Shown here: piece by piece, positions 24,871 to 38,979 of the stretch
Layout: every line of letters begins with the position of its first letter
Position numbering within the stretch: position 1 is the first letter of the stretch
Notes under the pieces: model-generated
Databases searched by the model: none
What the model was told of the DNA's origin: nothing
What the model saw: the letters and a program-made list of their open reading frames with translations, nothing else
NCBI GenBank assembly: GCA_024679065.1
Contig: JAGIQG010000008.1
Span: forward strand, 40,548,001-40,612,000
Direction: 5' to 3'
DNA length: 64,000 bases
From: Sphyrna mokarran
Lineage: Eukaryota
Position numbers and translations under genes: made by a program

Positions 24871-27454
24871 TCTATCTATCTTCATCACTTTGCTGAAAAT
24901 AATGTTAACTTTATGAAGACAAGGTAGTAATTATTCTATTGTGCAATTAGGAAGAAGATGGTTTTCCTGAAAGCCGCAACTGTTCCTGTCTTCACGCACA
25001 GCATTTTGTCTTGCACACAGTGTATTTTTTGTCTTCTTATGCTTTAGTTATATTTATTTAAAGTTCCCTGTCAAGTAATAAAGAAGGGGGGAAACTATGG
25101 CAAGAGAGAATAAATGAGTTATGTAGTAGACTACAGGCACACATTTCTTTCCCTACCCACATTGGCTCACAAAATTATTTTTGATGCAAATTGAACGTTT
25201 CAAGAGTCAGAAAGTTGATTTTATCTGCTCATTTCCCAGTGCTAAAAGTTGAATGGGCTATATGATTCTCCTGACTGAATGTCTAATAACTGTATTTAGA
25301 GAATCAGAGCTTTCATCAATCTGCTGCAGGCAGCTGAAAGAGTAATCATATATCTGCATATATTGACAGAAGAAGAATCAGCATTATTTCTCTTGTAAGC
25401 TGACTATATGACCTTCCAAACAAAGCAAAAGGCTTACTCATTATTACAGGTATGCTTCCTGTTCCTTCTAGCATTAATCATTCTCTGCTCAACAATGGTG
25501 GGATTTTATGAACTCACTCACTCCAAAATCATAAAATCCTGTCTGAGGTCAATAGACCTGTCCATGGTCTGCCCCTACCCCATCCAATTCCCATTTGATG
25601 AAGGAGGGAGGGGAGTAAAATTCTGGCCATTGAGTATACTTTGGAGCTGGTCATAAAAGCATGCATAACGGTGGCAATCTTTCTCCATTCAAAGCTTCTT
25701 GCTGATTTGGACTTGCTGTGATCTGATTTTTTTTAATAGCATGTCGTTGAAACATCCACTAAATAATGGAAAGGAAATATACGTAGACAGATTTGAAAAA
25801 AAATACAAGGCCCAGCAGCATTATAATAATGGGTGACTGAGGTAAGGGTCATGGAAATGGCAAAGATAGGAAGAGTTTCTACCCTTGTCCAGAACTGCTT
25901 CCTACAACAGCATATTTTGTCCATCATGGAAAGAGGCAGTGTTAGATATAGTTCTTGGAAATAAAGAGAACCACCGATAATAGACAGTGACCATAACATA
26001 ATTAGATCTGATATAAAAATTGAAAAGAAGAGGGAACAGTCAAAGATAAAGGCACAGCAGAAACAAAACTTACTGAGGAAAGAATGTAATAAACCCAGAA
26101 ATGTCAAGAAGGGAAGTTGTCAAATAAATTAATGCACCAGTATTTCAAACTTACAACCTGAAGATAAATAAGATACAGATTAGGAGTAAAGGTGATGCAG
26201 CAGAAGTTGGAATTATTTGGATAAGTAGTGAATTTAAATCAAATTTGAGATTTAAAGGAAGAAGATAGCATTTCAGATAAGGCTAATATAATAGAACAAA
26301 ACTTGGTGAGGAAATAAAATATATTTGAAAAGGCTGAGGAAATGCAATGAAAGAGTAACCAATAAAGGAAGTACATGCAGTTCAATCAGCCTATCACCAG
26401 TGTTGGTTAATTTCTAATGACAATCACATAAGTTAAAATTAATCTTCATGCAGTGAAATAGTAATGTGTTTGAGAAACGTGGAAGTCACTTGCTGAACCA
26501 ATCACAAAAGAGATGACAGCCCTTTCTGATACAATTACCAGTCAGGACTACATTACCCATTTAGCCTCACACCAAGGAAGGGCAGTACCAAGAGGCGGTG
26601 GGGAGGTGACTGGGGCGGGTTGGGGGGGTGGGGAGAGGTTGGTGTTGGGGTGGCGATTGGCCAGGAATGGAGAATATCGATACGACGTCCAGGGAAGTGG
26701 GGCACAATTGACCAGGGAGGCCAGCAATTGGGGATGGGGGTCTGAGGCAGGGACTGACAAATCTCTCTATTCTGTTGCACAGAAGATATCTGCACACACA
26801 CAATAGTGCCCTTTAGTGTGAGCAGTCAGCTTTCTGGACTATTCACCCTCTTTGATGGCACAAATCACATTTTGCTTCTTTTTTCACACTAATTTCCATA
26901 CAATTGTGTCTGAAAGAATGCTGAAGAAATGGGTGCAATTCTGTCCTGGCATTTAGAATTTTGATAAGATCACCTCCAGTGTATGTGAGGGGTTGGGAGG
27001 AAAGGAGTGAAGAAAGAGTTTGATGCATGAATGATTGCACACATGTGATAAGCTTAAGCTCTAAAATGTAGATAGGAATAGAGGAACAAGAGTAGCCCCT
27101 TGAGTATGTTCTGCTTTTATGGCTGATCTCTCTTAACTCTACTAACCCAGTTTTGTTCCATATCTTGTTGGTAAAACTCAGTTATTCATGTTTTTAATAT
27201 GCTTGAATTACATAATTAAATTGTTGCATAATAATGATAAATAAATAAATGCTAAAGACTAATGATTCAATGATCCATTGTTTGAAATTAAATGCCAACC
27301 AGCAGTAATACTTTTCACGTAATGATTTTTGGGCACTTAAATGATGAATGCACAGGAAAACAATGTAATAGGATATTGAGAAATTATATGATGTACACAT
27401 TTTCTTAGAGCTCCTGCGCCTCAGAATTTCCAGTTACAACATTGGTGATGGTGC

Positions 27455-29000
27455 ATTAGAGAGAGTGAGTGTGAGGGGTAAGTGGGGAGGGGTGTGTAGA
27501 GGGAGAATATGTGCAAAGGAAGAGAGATTGTGTGTGAGGGGCAGACAAGTAATGAGATGTGTATGTGTGGGGTGGAGAGAAAGCAAGAGTTTGTGCAAGG
27601 GGTGGACAGGAAGAGAGAGTATGTGAAGGGTGGGGAAGAAGATAGTGTGTGCGAGAAATAATGAGACTGTGGGTGTGGTGTGGAAAGAAAGCAAGAGTTT
27701 GTGCTAGTAGTGGGAAGAAAGAGAGAATGTGTGTTTGTGAGGTGGGGAAGAGACTGTGTATGAGGCGGGGGAATGTGTATGAGAAGTGTGGCGTATGTAT
27801 GAGCAGTGGGGGAGTATGCATGAAGGGTGAATGAATATGAGGTGTGGGTGGAACAGCATGTGCATGAAGGGTGGGAGGAAGAGAGAGCGTGCAAGGAATA
27901 GGGAGGAAGAAAAAGTGTGCGTGAAGGGTGGGGAAAGTGACAGTGTGTCTGAGGGGCAGTGAGGAAGAGGGACTGTATGTGAGGGGTGGGGAGGAATAGG
28001 GAGTGTGGAAGGGATGGTGGGAAGAGACAAGTGTGTGTGACGGGTGGGGGGAAGAGTGTAGACCAAGAAAAAATGCCTACAATAATGATTTTAAAAACAA
28101 TAATGGCAATGTTGGCTTTAAGGAGCTATTCTGGCTGCGAATTAAGCATATTGGGATTTTTAGTCAAGATGTAATTAAAACAGATGCAGGGCATAAAGTT
28201 ACTGAGAGCCATGATGTGGTCTGCAAACTGTGACCTAAAACTTCCTGTGTTGACTAAATATGGGAATTAACTTACTTTGAGGTGGACATTATAGCACTGG
28301 GTTTTATGGGTTTTATATGAGCTAGATTCTATAGAACCAAGCACAATGGTATCATTTAAAGGTAATTTCATTGGCTGTTCGAGTTGTGTGATTGGTTTCC
28401 TGTTATACCATTGGCTGAGTGCTAGAGAATCTTCTGGAAGCATTTGAAACAACTTGTGGATAAAAGAGATCTGCAGATCCTTCATCTGCAATAACAATCT
28501 CACAATCAACCATCTCAAGAAGTATGCCCTCAAGACTATCTTCAGAAAACACCACAAGAATAGATTCTACGTTGGGAATGGACTTGGCCATTTCATTCTA
28601 ACTGAGTAGAGTTTATTTTCAGTTAAATAATTAGAGTTAATATTCAGTTAAGATTTAATATTCAGTAAAAGAGTTAAAATGTTGCAACTGTTTAAGTTTC
28701 AGTTGGTATCTAACATGTTAAATAAAGAAGATTGTTAAGAGAATTAAGAGTCTGCTCCTGTTCTTGTCACGTTAAATTGGAATGTGACAAGGATGTTTAA
28801 ATTAGTATCCAAATCACAAAGACAGTGTGCAAGGAATGGAGAGGAAGAGAAAGTATGTGCAAGGATGGAGGCAAGGGAAAGTGTGTGAGGGATGGGGAAG
28901 AAAAGAGTGTGTATGAGGGGCAGGAAGGAAGAAAGAGTCTGTGTGAGGAATGGGGAGGAAGAGAAGTGTGAGTGAGGTGAGGGGGAGAGAAAATGTATGT
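27455..29000. repeat. Degenerate GA/GT-rich minisatellite in two blocks (~27455-28065 and ~28820-29000)
   Basis: Recurring unit like GTGTGTGAGGGGTGGGGAAGAGAGA; source of several spurious His/Ser/Pro-rich ORFs. Confidence 0.8.
28110..28789 (+). mobile_element. Possible solo LTR separating the two minisatellite blocks
   Basis: TGTT...TGACA termini and AATAAA at ~28721; no clean TSD. Confidence 0.3.
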
Positions 29001-29004
29001 GCTT

Positions 29005-30390
29005 TTGACCTTCGTTTTGTCAAAGCATTCATATGCATCTTCCATAGACTCTGCATCCTTTGTTTCTCAATTCTGAACCACATTTGTCACAGTAAGCTGA
29101 GCCTTTGTCATTTTGGTTCCAACAGTACCAGCCTGAGCCTTGGCCTTAACTACCTTTAGAGTTTTTCCAAAAGATGTTATCCTCTATTCAGTTAAGCTTT
29201 TGATTGTGTCTGCTTCAGACTCTGACACAATGTTCACTTCATCCCAGTTTAGTCTGATTCTCTCTAGCCAGCTTCTCCCTAATAAGACTGGATAGTTACT
29301 TTTAATTTAGTGCAGGGACAGGTCGGCAATCTGTCCTTTTAGCAGCACATTTACATTGACATGGCTCGTCAATGGAACCACTTCTCTAGTATATGTTTTG
29401 AACATTATCTTTGAAGGTTTCAAGTTGATGCAATGTAGTTTCTCTTGGAATACAGTTTCTGGTACCAATGACACAGTGGCTCTGATGTCCACCTCTATTT
29501 TTAATGGTTGTCCATCTAAGAAAAGTGTGACCCAGTAACAGTTGGTTGCACCAGCAACTGCCAATGCATGGAATGTTCATCATCTGACTGTGACTCTGGA
29601 CTTTCTACATCACACTCTTCCCTTTATTTGGTTTTCCACATAATTCGGTTGGATCATGCTTTTTATAATTCTTGTCTGAGACTTGTTTCTTTCTTCAACG
29701 CACCATTTGAAAAAGCCTTTTTAACCACGCTGTCTGCATGTTGCATCTTTACTCCACCAATCTACCGCTGTGCACCCAGTTTTTCCAAATCAATGGCTAT
29801 TTCAAACCTGTGTCTGTATTCAGGTCTCAGCTGATACTTTATAAATTTCAGTGGTTGAACTTAATTGTTTGTGTTCCTTAGCTGCTAGTTCCTTCGAGAT
29901 TGTGACTTATAAAGCCTTCATAAGGTCTAAGTTGCTTTCTGTTAACAGCCTTTTTTGGATAGCTTCACTTCTTATGTCTGATTTCACTCGTCTGACTCTA
30001 ATGGTATCATTCAAGACATCTCCAAACTTCAGAATTCAGCTATTTTCTTTAAAGTTACTACAAATTGAGTAATTGATTCAATTTCCTGCTGGTTACATTT
30101 ATGGGGTGTGAACCTCTCAATGATGATCAAAGGTTTAGGAGACAAGTGGTCCTGCAATATCTCCACAATGTCACCATAAATTTTCAAACCTGGTTTTTCT
30201 GGTTGTCCAAACATCACAAGAATTTGAACATGCCCCCCATCCCCCACCCCAATAATGCTCAGGAGAAGGTCAGGACTAAAACAGCTGCCTAAATTTTGTT
30301 TGCCTGGACAAACCTTTCAATCTTTTAGAACATGAGTTCCATCAAACTTTCATCATACTCTCCCACAGTGCCAAAAATACCTACCATTTT
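29005..30390 (-). mobile_element. Ty3/Gypsy LTR retrotransposon gag-protease remnant
   Basis: Gag-like HLSPKPLIIIERF...Q...ESITQFV (30029-30247) and aspartic-protease-like LDGQPLKIEVDIRATVSLV (degenerate DTGA; 29307-29564); many stops and frameshifts. Confidence 0.8.
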
Positions 30391-30744
30391 TATTATGGGA
30401 AGGTTTGTGTAAGCAGAAGGGTGCTGCAAAGTTTTTAGAATTACCTTACTTCGCCTTATTTTGTTTCAAACAAAGTGAGTCTGAGCTTGTCTGTTCTTCC
30501 TCAGCTCGCAATTAATTGTTGCAAAACTCACTACTTACAGTAGAGGGAACACTGTTCCAGAATATTCCAAGCAGAACACAGTAGCCTTTTTTTAAGTGGT
30601 GTTTTCTTTTGTAATCTTTGTTTAAGTTTCAATTTTTTGATGTTGCTGCTGTTATTTGGTATCCCTCCATCATCAGCTTTGGCGTAGTGATGGTTTTATC
30701 ATTTTAATTCTTTCTGAAAGACTGCAGGATCGATCAATGATTTC

Positions 30745-31039
30745 TTATTTATTAGTGTCACTATTAGATTTACATTGACATTGCAATGAAGTTACTGTGA
30801 AAATCTTGCCACACTCTGGTGTCTGTTCAGGTACATTGAGGGAGAATTTAGTATGGCCAATGCATTTAACCAGCACGTCTTTCGGATTATGGGAGGAAAC
30901 CAGAGCAATCAGATGTAAACCATGCAGACAGGGAGAGAATGTGCAGACTCCACACAGATAGTGATCCAAGCCAGGAATCAAACCCAGGTCCCTGGCATTG
31001 CGAGGCAGCAGTGCTAATTGCTGTGCCACCACGTCAGCC
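30745..31039 (-). mobile_element. V-SINE (HE1-like), AATAAATAAA-tail subtype
   Basis: Reverse complement matches 3691-3991. Confidence 0.85.
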
Positions 31040-31819
31040 TTAAGTTGCTTTGAATGTTTCCCTTTTGCTACCTTATTCCCACTCCTAACACAATTCTGAG
31101 TTTACATAGGAAATTCATTGAGCTCTGTCCTTAGCATTCAGATCCATTAAATCTGATGTTGGGTTACTGCCACACTACCTGTGAATGTTTGACAATGTCA
31201 TTGAACACACATTTTGTTTAGTTTAATAAGTCAAACACTTAAAATTCTGATGCTTGATCCTCTCTAGAACCATCTTGGCATCATATTCGGAAATTGGTGA
31301 TTCATATTGTGAAGGTTGCCTGTTGAAGCCATTTTATGAAATAGTGAGTTAGAGTCTTGTGTATCAGCATAAAATTCTTTATATTACATATATATAAACC
31401 ATTAGTCTGGGCCTCTGGTTTTCTGGTGCATTACCACTAGTCCACCATATCCACATCTCCCAAACACACTGCTACATCTGCTAAAGTTTGCCCTTTTCTT
31501 AGCAGGGCAATGGTGTTAAAGGGAATACAGCATAGCTGGCAGGGAATCTCAGAATAATGATGACAGTATCTTTCCGCCTTATGATCTTTCCCAATTCCCA
31601 GCTTATATTCATTCTGCTGTCTTGAATGATGAGTAAACTTTTATTGGTTTCTCCAAGGACCTTTTGTTTCCCACTCCATTCCACTCTTCTCATAACAACT
31701 CTCCCTCTGAGTTCCTGATGCCAGCCCAGCCAAAATGGGCTTGGGAAAACGAAAAAAAGCAGTAGTGCTATTTGATAAAGTGATCACATTACAATCTGTA
31801 AAAACGAAAAAAAAAACCC

Positions 31820-32790
31820 AGCAAAACTAAACACTGGCCCTTTAGAGGCTAAGACAGGAGAAAATAAGATTGGGAGTAAGGAAAGAAGGGAATCTATTAT
31901 TAATATGTGTTGACAAGGCACTTAAAATCAATATGATTAGGCAGTATTAATATTTATTTTGAAAGGAAAGTCATGTCTGACAAATGTATCATTTTAAAAA
32001 TGTAACTAACAGAGTAGATGAAAATGAACTAATGACACTTTCAAGTTGACAGGATGTAACTAGTGGAGAGTCACAACCTTCAATGCTGGGGCCACAGCTA
32101 TTTCCAATCTATATTAATAAATTATAGGAGGTGAGCAAACATAATGTGTTCAAGTTTGGTGATTACACAAAGCTGTGAGACAGTAAGCTGTGAGGACGAC
32201 ACAAAGCAGGGATTTAATAACCCCCTTAATCCCCGCAGAATGTTTTCTGGTGGTGGAGGCAGCTTGCTATCAGTTGTCGGCAGGATCTTCTGGTCTATGG
32301 CATTTGAAATACTGTTCATTGTTTTGGTCTCCTTGAAAGGATGCAATTGCCTTCAAGACAGAACTATAAAGATTTGCCACATTGATTCCTTGGATAAGCG
32401 TGCTCCCTGCTGATGAGAGGCTGAATAAATTGGCTGATCTGCTTGTGTTTGGAAGAACGAAAGGTTATCTTATCAGAGTGCGTAAGATTCTGGGGGCTTG
32501 ACACGATGATTACCAAAAAGTTGGTTTCACCTGGCTGGAGAATTTGGAATGAGGACATATTGGCTCATAAGTTGATCATTTAAGACTGGGATAAGATGGA
32601 ATTTCTTCACCATGAGGAATGCAGATGATCACTCCTTGAATATTTTCAAAGCTGAGGAAGTGAATCAATGGATTTGGGAATCAGGTAGGAAAATTGCATT
32701 AAAGTCAAAGATCAGCCATGATATTATTGAATGGCATTGCAGGATTGAGTGGTTGTATGGTCTACTCCTACTCTTATTTCTAATGTCACT
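31820..32790 (+). mobile_element. Highly decayed CR1 fragments
   Basis: Remnants of GKSCLTN-, VTSG..LGPQLF- and FGDYTKL (FADDTKL)-coding DNA and a CR1-like 3' UTR. Confidence 0.55.
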
Positions 32791-33154
32791 TGATGTGACT
32801 GTCAGATACTGAGAATGCACTTACTTTGGAAACTAACTTAGAGTTGGAATCAGCACATGGTGCATCACAGGGTACAAGTGGATTGCAACCACGTCATGGA
32901 TAAGCTTACTTGAGGGTGTAGAGGCAGATAGTTATTGCTGCAGAAGATTTCATTGTGGACACAAGAATACATTGCATGGGCATGTATACCAAGATATCAG
33001 ATGCATTGGCTGACTTACCAGGTAGCTTCCTCTCATTGTCAAGAAGCAAGTAGAAGTCCGGCTCCAAGTTAGTAGAAGGCACATTGCAAAGGATTATTTG
33101 ACAGTCTGTCCATGTGGCTTTAGCTCTCTGGTGATGGTTATATTACTAACAATG

Positions 33155-33395
33155 GTGAGGTGGCATAGTTTGATTCCCAGCTTAGGTCACATTCTATTTG
33201 TGACTGCGTGGGTCTCCTCTGGACGCTCTGGTTTCCTACTTCAATACAAAAGACATGCTGATTAGGTGCAGTGGCCATGCTAAGTTCTCTCTCTGTATCC
33301 AACAGGCACCAGAGTGTGGCAACTAGGGAATTTATGGAGTAACTTAATTGCAGTGTTAATGTAAGCCTATTTGTGACACTAATAAATAAACTTCT
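33155..33395 (+). mobile_element. V-SINE (HE1-like), partly deleted head
   Basis: Body and tail GTAAGCCTATTTGTGACACTAATAAATAAA. Confidence 0.8.
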
Positions 33396-33859
33396 TAAAA
33401 AACTTTAAAAGGAGGCCTTTAAGTGTCTCTTAATTTATCACTTAATTTGTCCATTGATCTTTGGGTGGAAGGCAGTCTCTGCCTTCTTCACTGTGAGAAT
33501 TCCAGGGCATCAGGAAAGTGATAAGGTACAAACTATGAACCTTTTCATGGTTCATATGACAAATAATAAGTCAGATATTTATAGTAATGATTTCCCACCT
33601 AATTTCTCAACTGGATGAATTGATGTAAAGTTTGAAATTGTTAGAAATAAGTTAACTGTGGTAAATGTTTTTTTGAATTTCTTACCATTAATTAATTAAT
33701 ATTCACTCTGCTTTGGAAATTCAACCCTTTTTTTTTCTTTTTATCAGGAATTCCTTTCAAACAAATGTGTGCTTGTTTAATTCCTAATTCAAAAAGAATT
33801 GGAGTTTACATCCCAGAAAAATCATTGTTATAAATATTTTGTACATCACATACAGGAAT

Positions 33860-34158
33860 GAAATAGAAAATCTGGTGAACTGATGTGACAACAATAATCT
33901 CTTCCTCAATATCAACAAAAATAAGTGCGAGGTGATTCATTTTGGTCGGACAAACTTGAATGTGGATTACACGGTCAACAGCAGGGTTTGAGGAATGTGG
34001 AGGAATAGAGAGATCTTGGGGTTCATATCCACAAATCTCTGAAGGTTGCCACTCAAGTGAATAGATCTGTGAAGAAGGCTTATAATGTGTTAGCGCTTAT
34101 TAACAGGCAGTTTGAGTTTAAGAGCCGTGGGGTTATGCTGCAACTATACTAGACGTTG
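33860..34158 (+). mobile_element. Short Rex1-like RT fragment joined to an internal CR1 fragment
   Basis: ~33860-33920 encodes LVN*CDNNNLFLNINK (Rex1/L2-like); 33921-34158 encodes KCEVIHFGR...DLGVHIHKSLKV (CR1). Confidence 0.65.
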
Positions 34159-34859
34159 CGAATGATGAGTTGTTCAGCTTAGGGTGGCCCTTCCCAATTC
34201 CAGAATATTCTTGGATTGTTCATCTGAGTTGTGATCCAGTAACAGTTAATGAATTTTTCCTCTGGAGAGGAGATGGCATAAGCAATCTGATTGCTTTCTT
34301 CTATTTCATATTTGGCTTTTTTAGGAGCTCAACAAATTTCCATGATGCTTTATATTCATTCTATTTTGGATGCAAGCACATGAGTCTGGCAAGATCCATT
34401 CTTACATTCACACGTTCCAAAATGTATCTGTTTTCCTACATAGGATAACTTCAAAATATTTATTTTCCTGTTGCAGGGAAGGCAAGTCTCATGACTTTAG
34501 GCTTTTCACAGCTTTCTCAGTTGTTGAGTGACTAAATTGCATATTCCTTTGAAGGATGTAACTTTTTTTAAAGATATGATTTGCAACAGTAGCAACATTG
34601 GGTTTCCATGCAGAGATGGATCAAAGCTGAATCTGAGGGTTTCAAACAATAAGCAGGAAGGAAAATGGAATTGGTAGCAAAGGATACAGCATTTCTAGTA
34701 GGTGCCAAAGACAATGGTTTTTGTCTTCTCAACTGGACTGATTAGGTTTACAGCAAACACACATTAAAAAGAGGAAACTGCAACCACCCAGTGTGTAGGC
34801 TTTTGATGTTGGGATTCAAAGTTCCTTACTCATTCTGTACCCTTCCTCATGTGGAATTC

Positions 34860-35070
34860 CATTACTGGACAAACAACTGCTTCTGTTGCATGGCACCAAA
34901 ACTAAATTAATGTTAATTGGAGACAACTGTAGGTGATTCAAGACTGAATTATCAGACAAGCAGTCTGAGAATACAGAAGTGGAGGGATAAAAATAAGTGG
35001 TGGAAAGCTGAGTGTCATCAGTATACACAGGGAAGCTGACCCCATCTGTGGGTGATGTCACTAAAAGACA
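34860..35070 (-). mobile_element. L2-like RT fragment
   Basis: GVSFPVYTDDTQL...SDCLSD, a degenerate YADDTQLY motif typical of L2. Confidence 0.6.
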
Positions 35071-36329
35071 TCTTGTGTTTGAGGTTCTCTAGAAATATTG
35101 GTGCAAAGAGGATTAGAGAAATCACTGTTAGACACGTTTTCTTTGTTTCAAGAAGATGTTTTCATTGAAAGTTTTCTATTTTACAGTTTCCAAAAGATGT
35201 AACAAATTCCCAAAACCTAGTACGATACAGAGAAATCATTATTCTACATAAACATACAGAAAAGACAGCAAATACTCATACAAATGACTAAATTATCAGT
35301 TATTGCAATAATCATAGTCAGTGTCTCCTTTCGTACAGATGAAGAAAAGATACCAGAAAAGATTGGGGAATCACAGGATAACAGGGTAAAAGTATGAGCA
35401 CACGTGGATAACAGAGACACAGTTACACAATATATAGGATACCTTATAGAAAGCCTGACTTAGCAGCTCAAGGTTTTCAAGCAATGAATCGACAATCCAA
35501 ATTAAGGGAACATCAGGATACTGCCATCAGTATAAAATTTGACGTATAAGCATACGCTGTTATGTACAGTGTTGCGGGAAATTCTTTTAGGTGGCCTGAT
35601 TAATTTAAAGACTAAATCTTTTCATTAAACATTTCATTTCACAAAGGCAAAAAAAAAGTTTATTCAGTTCAAGGAATTTTTTCAATTAAACTAGTTTTAT
35701 TCAGACATTGAAATGTTAGAATCAAAAACATTACAAAATTAACAATATTCAGACAAACATACCATTAAGACAAGACAATCTCACTTTGTCCCAAAATAGG
35801 AGATCAATGGTTCCATATACACAGCTAATGAGCTAGCAGGCTTTCACAAAAGATCTCAGATTTCATGCCAGAGAGCAGAATTGGTTATAGTTTTCATTAT
35901 CAGATTATACAGCACTTAATTAAAAGCAATTTCATTCATTCACTGTTCTGTCAATCTAACAATGGCATATCCTTCAATCAATCACATTTTGATACTTTCA
36001 AATATTGATCTGTCATTCATTTGTCTGTTCTATGGAAATTTTCTCCCAAAAATGGCTCCTTATGATTCAGCATTTCTCTGACCAATTTAAATTGATTCTA
36101 TTGAGGGCACATTTATCTATTGGAATATTTCCCCGGCTTAGATATGCATTGGTAATTTACTTTGTCACATTATTTATGTCTGACTTATGCTGACATCTTT
36201 CATGAATACATCTTTTATTGGCATGTTACAAATTCATTTGTTTGAGACATTATGAAGATGTTACTTAAATATTTTGTATTATTCTCAAACCATATATTAA
36301 AACATCAGCTGCTAATTTTCCTCGTGTTG

Positions 36330-38960
36330 GGTATTTAGAATTAATCAGAATTCTCAACTACATTCAGGAACCAGTAAGCCAAGGAATTGTATCCCTCGCC
36401 TAGGTTCACAATACAACAAACCTTCCTCTTCTTCAATCATCTCAAAGGCAATGACCAGGCTCCCCATCACTGAAGAATTTAAACCATATTCCTCTAAAGA
36501 AGTCCTAGTGGCAGGGAGCAGAAGAATCATTAAGAAACCCATCAACATGTGAAAAGATATGACCCTTCTCCTCTCAACAAGATAAGGAAAACTCTGTAGG
36601 ATTAACTACAACAAATTACATCTATTCACACCCACCTACCCACATAAAGATAGGAAACTCAGGGTTACCCAATAGAGGCTGACGTACTCTTTCAGTATAT
36701 ACTTTCACAGGAAGGATCCCAAGCACAGAGTAGCATAACCTCAGAGGGAATAAGAAACGATCCCCATCCCGGCAAGCCCAAACCTAGACGTTGGAGATAC
36801 TGGAAGTCTCCTTATAAGAGCACTTGGAGGAGGTGACCTTCTCTTCCAACCAGCCTGATTTCCAAACAAAGAGAGACTCCACCAACACTGAAGCAAAGCG
36901 TCCAGAGTGAAACTCAGGTCCCACAGCTAATAGGATACTATACCCCGGGGAACCAACTTTCAAAAGGGAAAGCAATCCAGAAGCCCTCACAAGGTGACAT
37001 CTTGGGGGAGAGCAACTTACTTCCCTGTCCAATATGATCCAGATAAACACAGCTACTACTACCCTAATCTGCTCAATGACACACTAAGGGCCAACAAGCC
37101 AAGAACATTCACATCACTCTTGCACATTGAACAAAACAAACTATCCCTTTTTTTTGAGGTAACCTAAAGGCACCATTTAGGCCCTGCTATCAACATGATT
37201 TGACCCATTTCCCAATATCAGAGAAACCGTATGGTCCATGAGCCAAGTAATCAAGTAACCACTGCCATTACTTCACATCCAAATCACAAAAAAAGACCAA
37301 CTTAACAAGGCTAGATATCCAAGAATTAATCAGCTATACCCAGTCATTCACCAGAACATAATTTCCTATTCCAACAACACAAGAAATGCCAACAGCAAAA
37401 AAAAAGAACCTAGTCTTTTCCAGGATATGTGATCTGTCTATACTTATCCAGGAAACAAGTAAGGATTCCTAAATCCCAGAACAACAAAATTACTAAAGAA
37501 AAACACTAACCCCAATACTTTTACTGAGGGATTTTCCTTACCCAGAAGGAATTAGAGTGCTATACCAACCATCTCTGTACCAAACCACCTACACACCATC
37601 CTGCTGTGGCACTATTCATCTTATCTAAAAAAATTAAGTGGATATTAAAAATGATAGTCACTTGGTATAAATGCAAGGATTACAGCACGTTTTTAAAAAA
37701 AACAAACCAGGTGAATACTGCACAACCCTCATGTCATACAACCAACTCAGCACGTTCCTTAATGGAAAGGAGACCTACAAATTATGGCCTCCTTCATTCC
37801 ACCATTGGAGCATGTGGGTATACGAATAACAACAAAAAGAAAAAATAGACATGCCAACTTTCACGATATAACAGGATATATATCGTGTTATATATCCTAT
37901 ATATAGGCTGCAAATGTTTCTGTGCTCATATATCATAACACCCTTGTTAGGATAGAAGATGTGAACATCACAATGTTCAGGATTAATTATTCCAATTAAA
38001 TGAATTAATGAAACCAATTCTTAACAACAGTATAATATAACCATCTAGGGAGCTTGAAAAGGACAAAGCCATGGCAGGATCGTCGAACAACACTCAGGAT
38101 CCATCCAGTGTTTCAGCAAAGCCTCTGGACACCCACCATGCAGTTGTTTTGAAAACCTGACCTAGGCTCCAGTGGATGGCCAGGACACAATACTTCTGGC
38201 CAGCTTCAACCCTTTTCAAGGACACCAAGGACAAGACAATGTAAGACCAATGATTGAAGTCTTTGACCAACCCCTAGCCTCGAAGACTGGATATAGTGTG
38301 CTTCACTAAATTCGACACACCCACCCCTCGAGATTGTAAAAGCACGGCAGCCAATTCTCAAATGCAGCTGAGAATTCATCCCCAGCATCTCTTGCAGATC
38401 AGCGCAAGAATATTCCTTCTCTGGCCCCACCTCCCCAATAAAGGATGTTTAACTTATCATTCTGCAGGATTTCCTAGGTCTGAAGGTCGGCCCCCACCAA
38501 GGAAACTGCCCTCCTAACTGACAGGGCTCTCTTTCCGCTTCATCCATTCTCCTTGGGACATTTCACAGTTCATCAATTTGAATACCAAAACCCTTTGTCA
38601 GAGAACCGAGACTGTCTTCCACAACTTCATTCATAATGGCGGCCATCATCTCAATGCCAATAGCATCACCAAAGTTTGAACATATGCACCAGCGAAACTG
38701 CTACTGCGAACTGGGCCCCATCCCGGCAGTCTCTGATCACCTCGATCAAACAAGAATTTTCTTGACTTGGTGTGGCCCATTATATTACAATGAACATCTA
38801 ATCCTTTTCTTCTTCCTTGTTCCCTCAGCACCTTCATTTTCATTCTGAGGTGGAATCTCTTTGGAATCTCCAACTCTTCCTTCTCTTATGTGACCTCCTA
38901 CTCTTTCCTCACCTTCCCATTTTCTATTTCTCTCTGAACCAAACAGGTGTCAAAAAAAGC
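36330..38960 (-). mobile_element. Decayed L1/Tx1-like element (ORF1 and endonuclease region)
   Basis: Only weak motif remnants: SC*...GLN-like APE start near 37170-37200 and an RRN-like ORF1 motif near 38410. No intact frame. Confidence 0.35.
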
Positions 38961-38979
38961 TTTGATTTAATTTACGAAA

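Noticed and set aside
26803-26822. CTCF-like motifs (also near 91, 15763 and 55450)
   Set aside because: Partial matches only; cannot be called without PWM scoring or ChIP data.
27421-28066. Long His/Ser/Pro/Thr-rich ORFs, and Cys/Val-rich ORFs at 14110-14677
   Set aside because: Products of low-complexity repeats, open in several frames.
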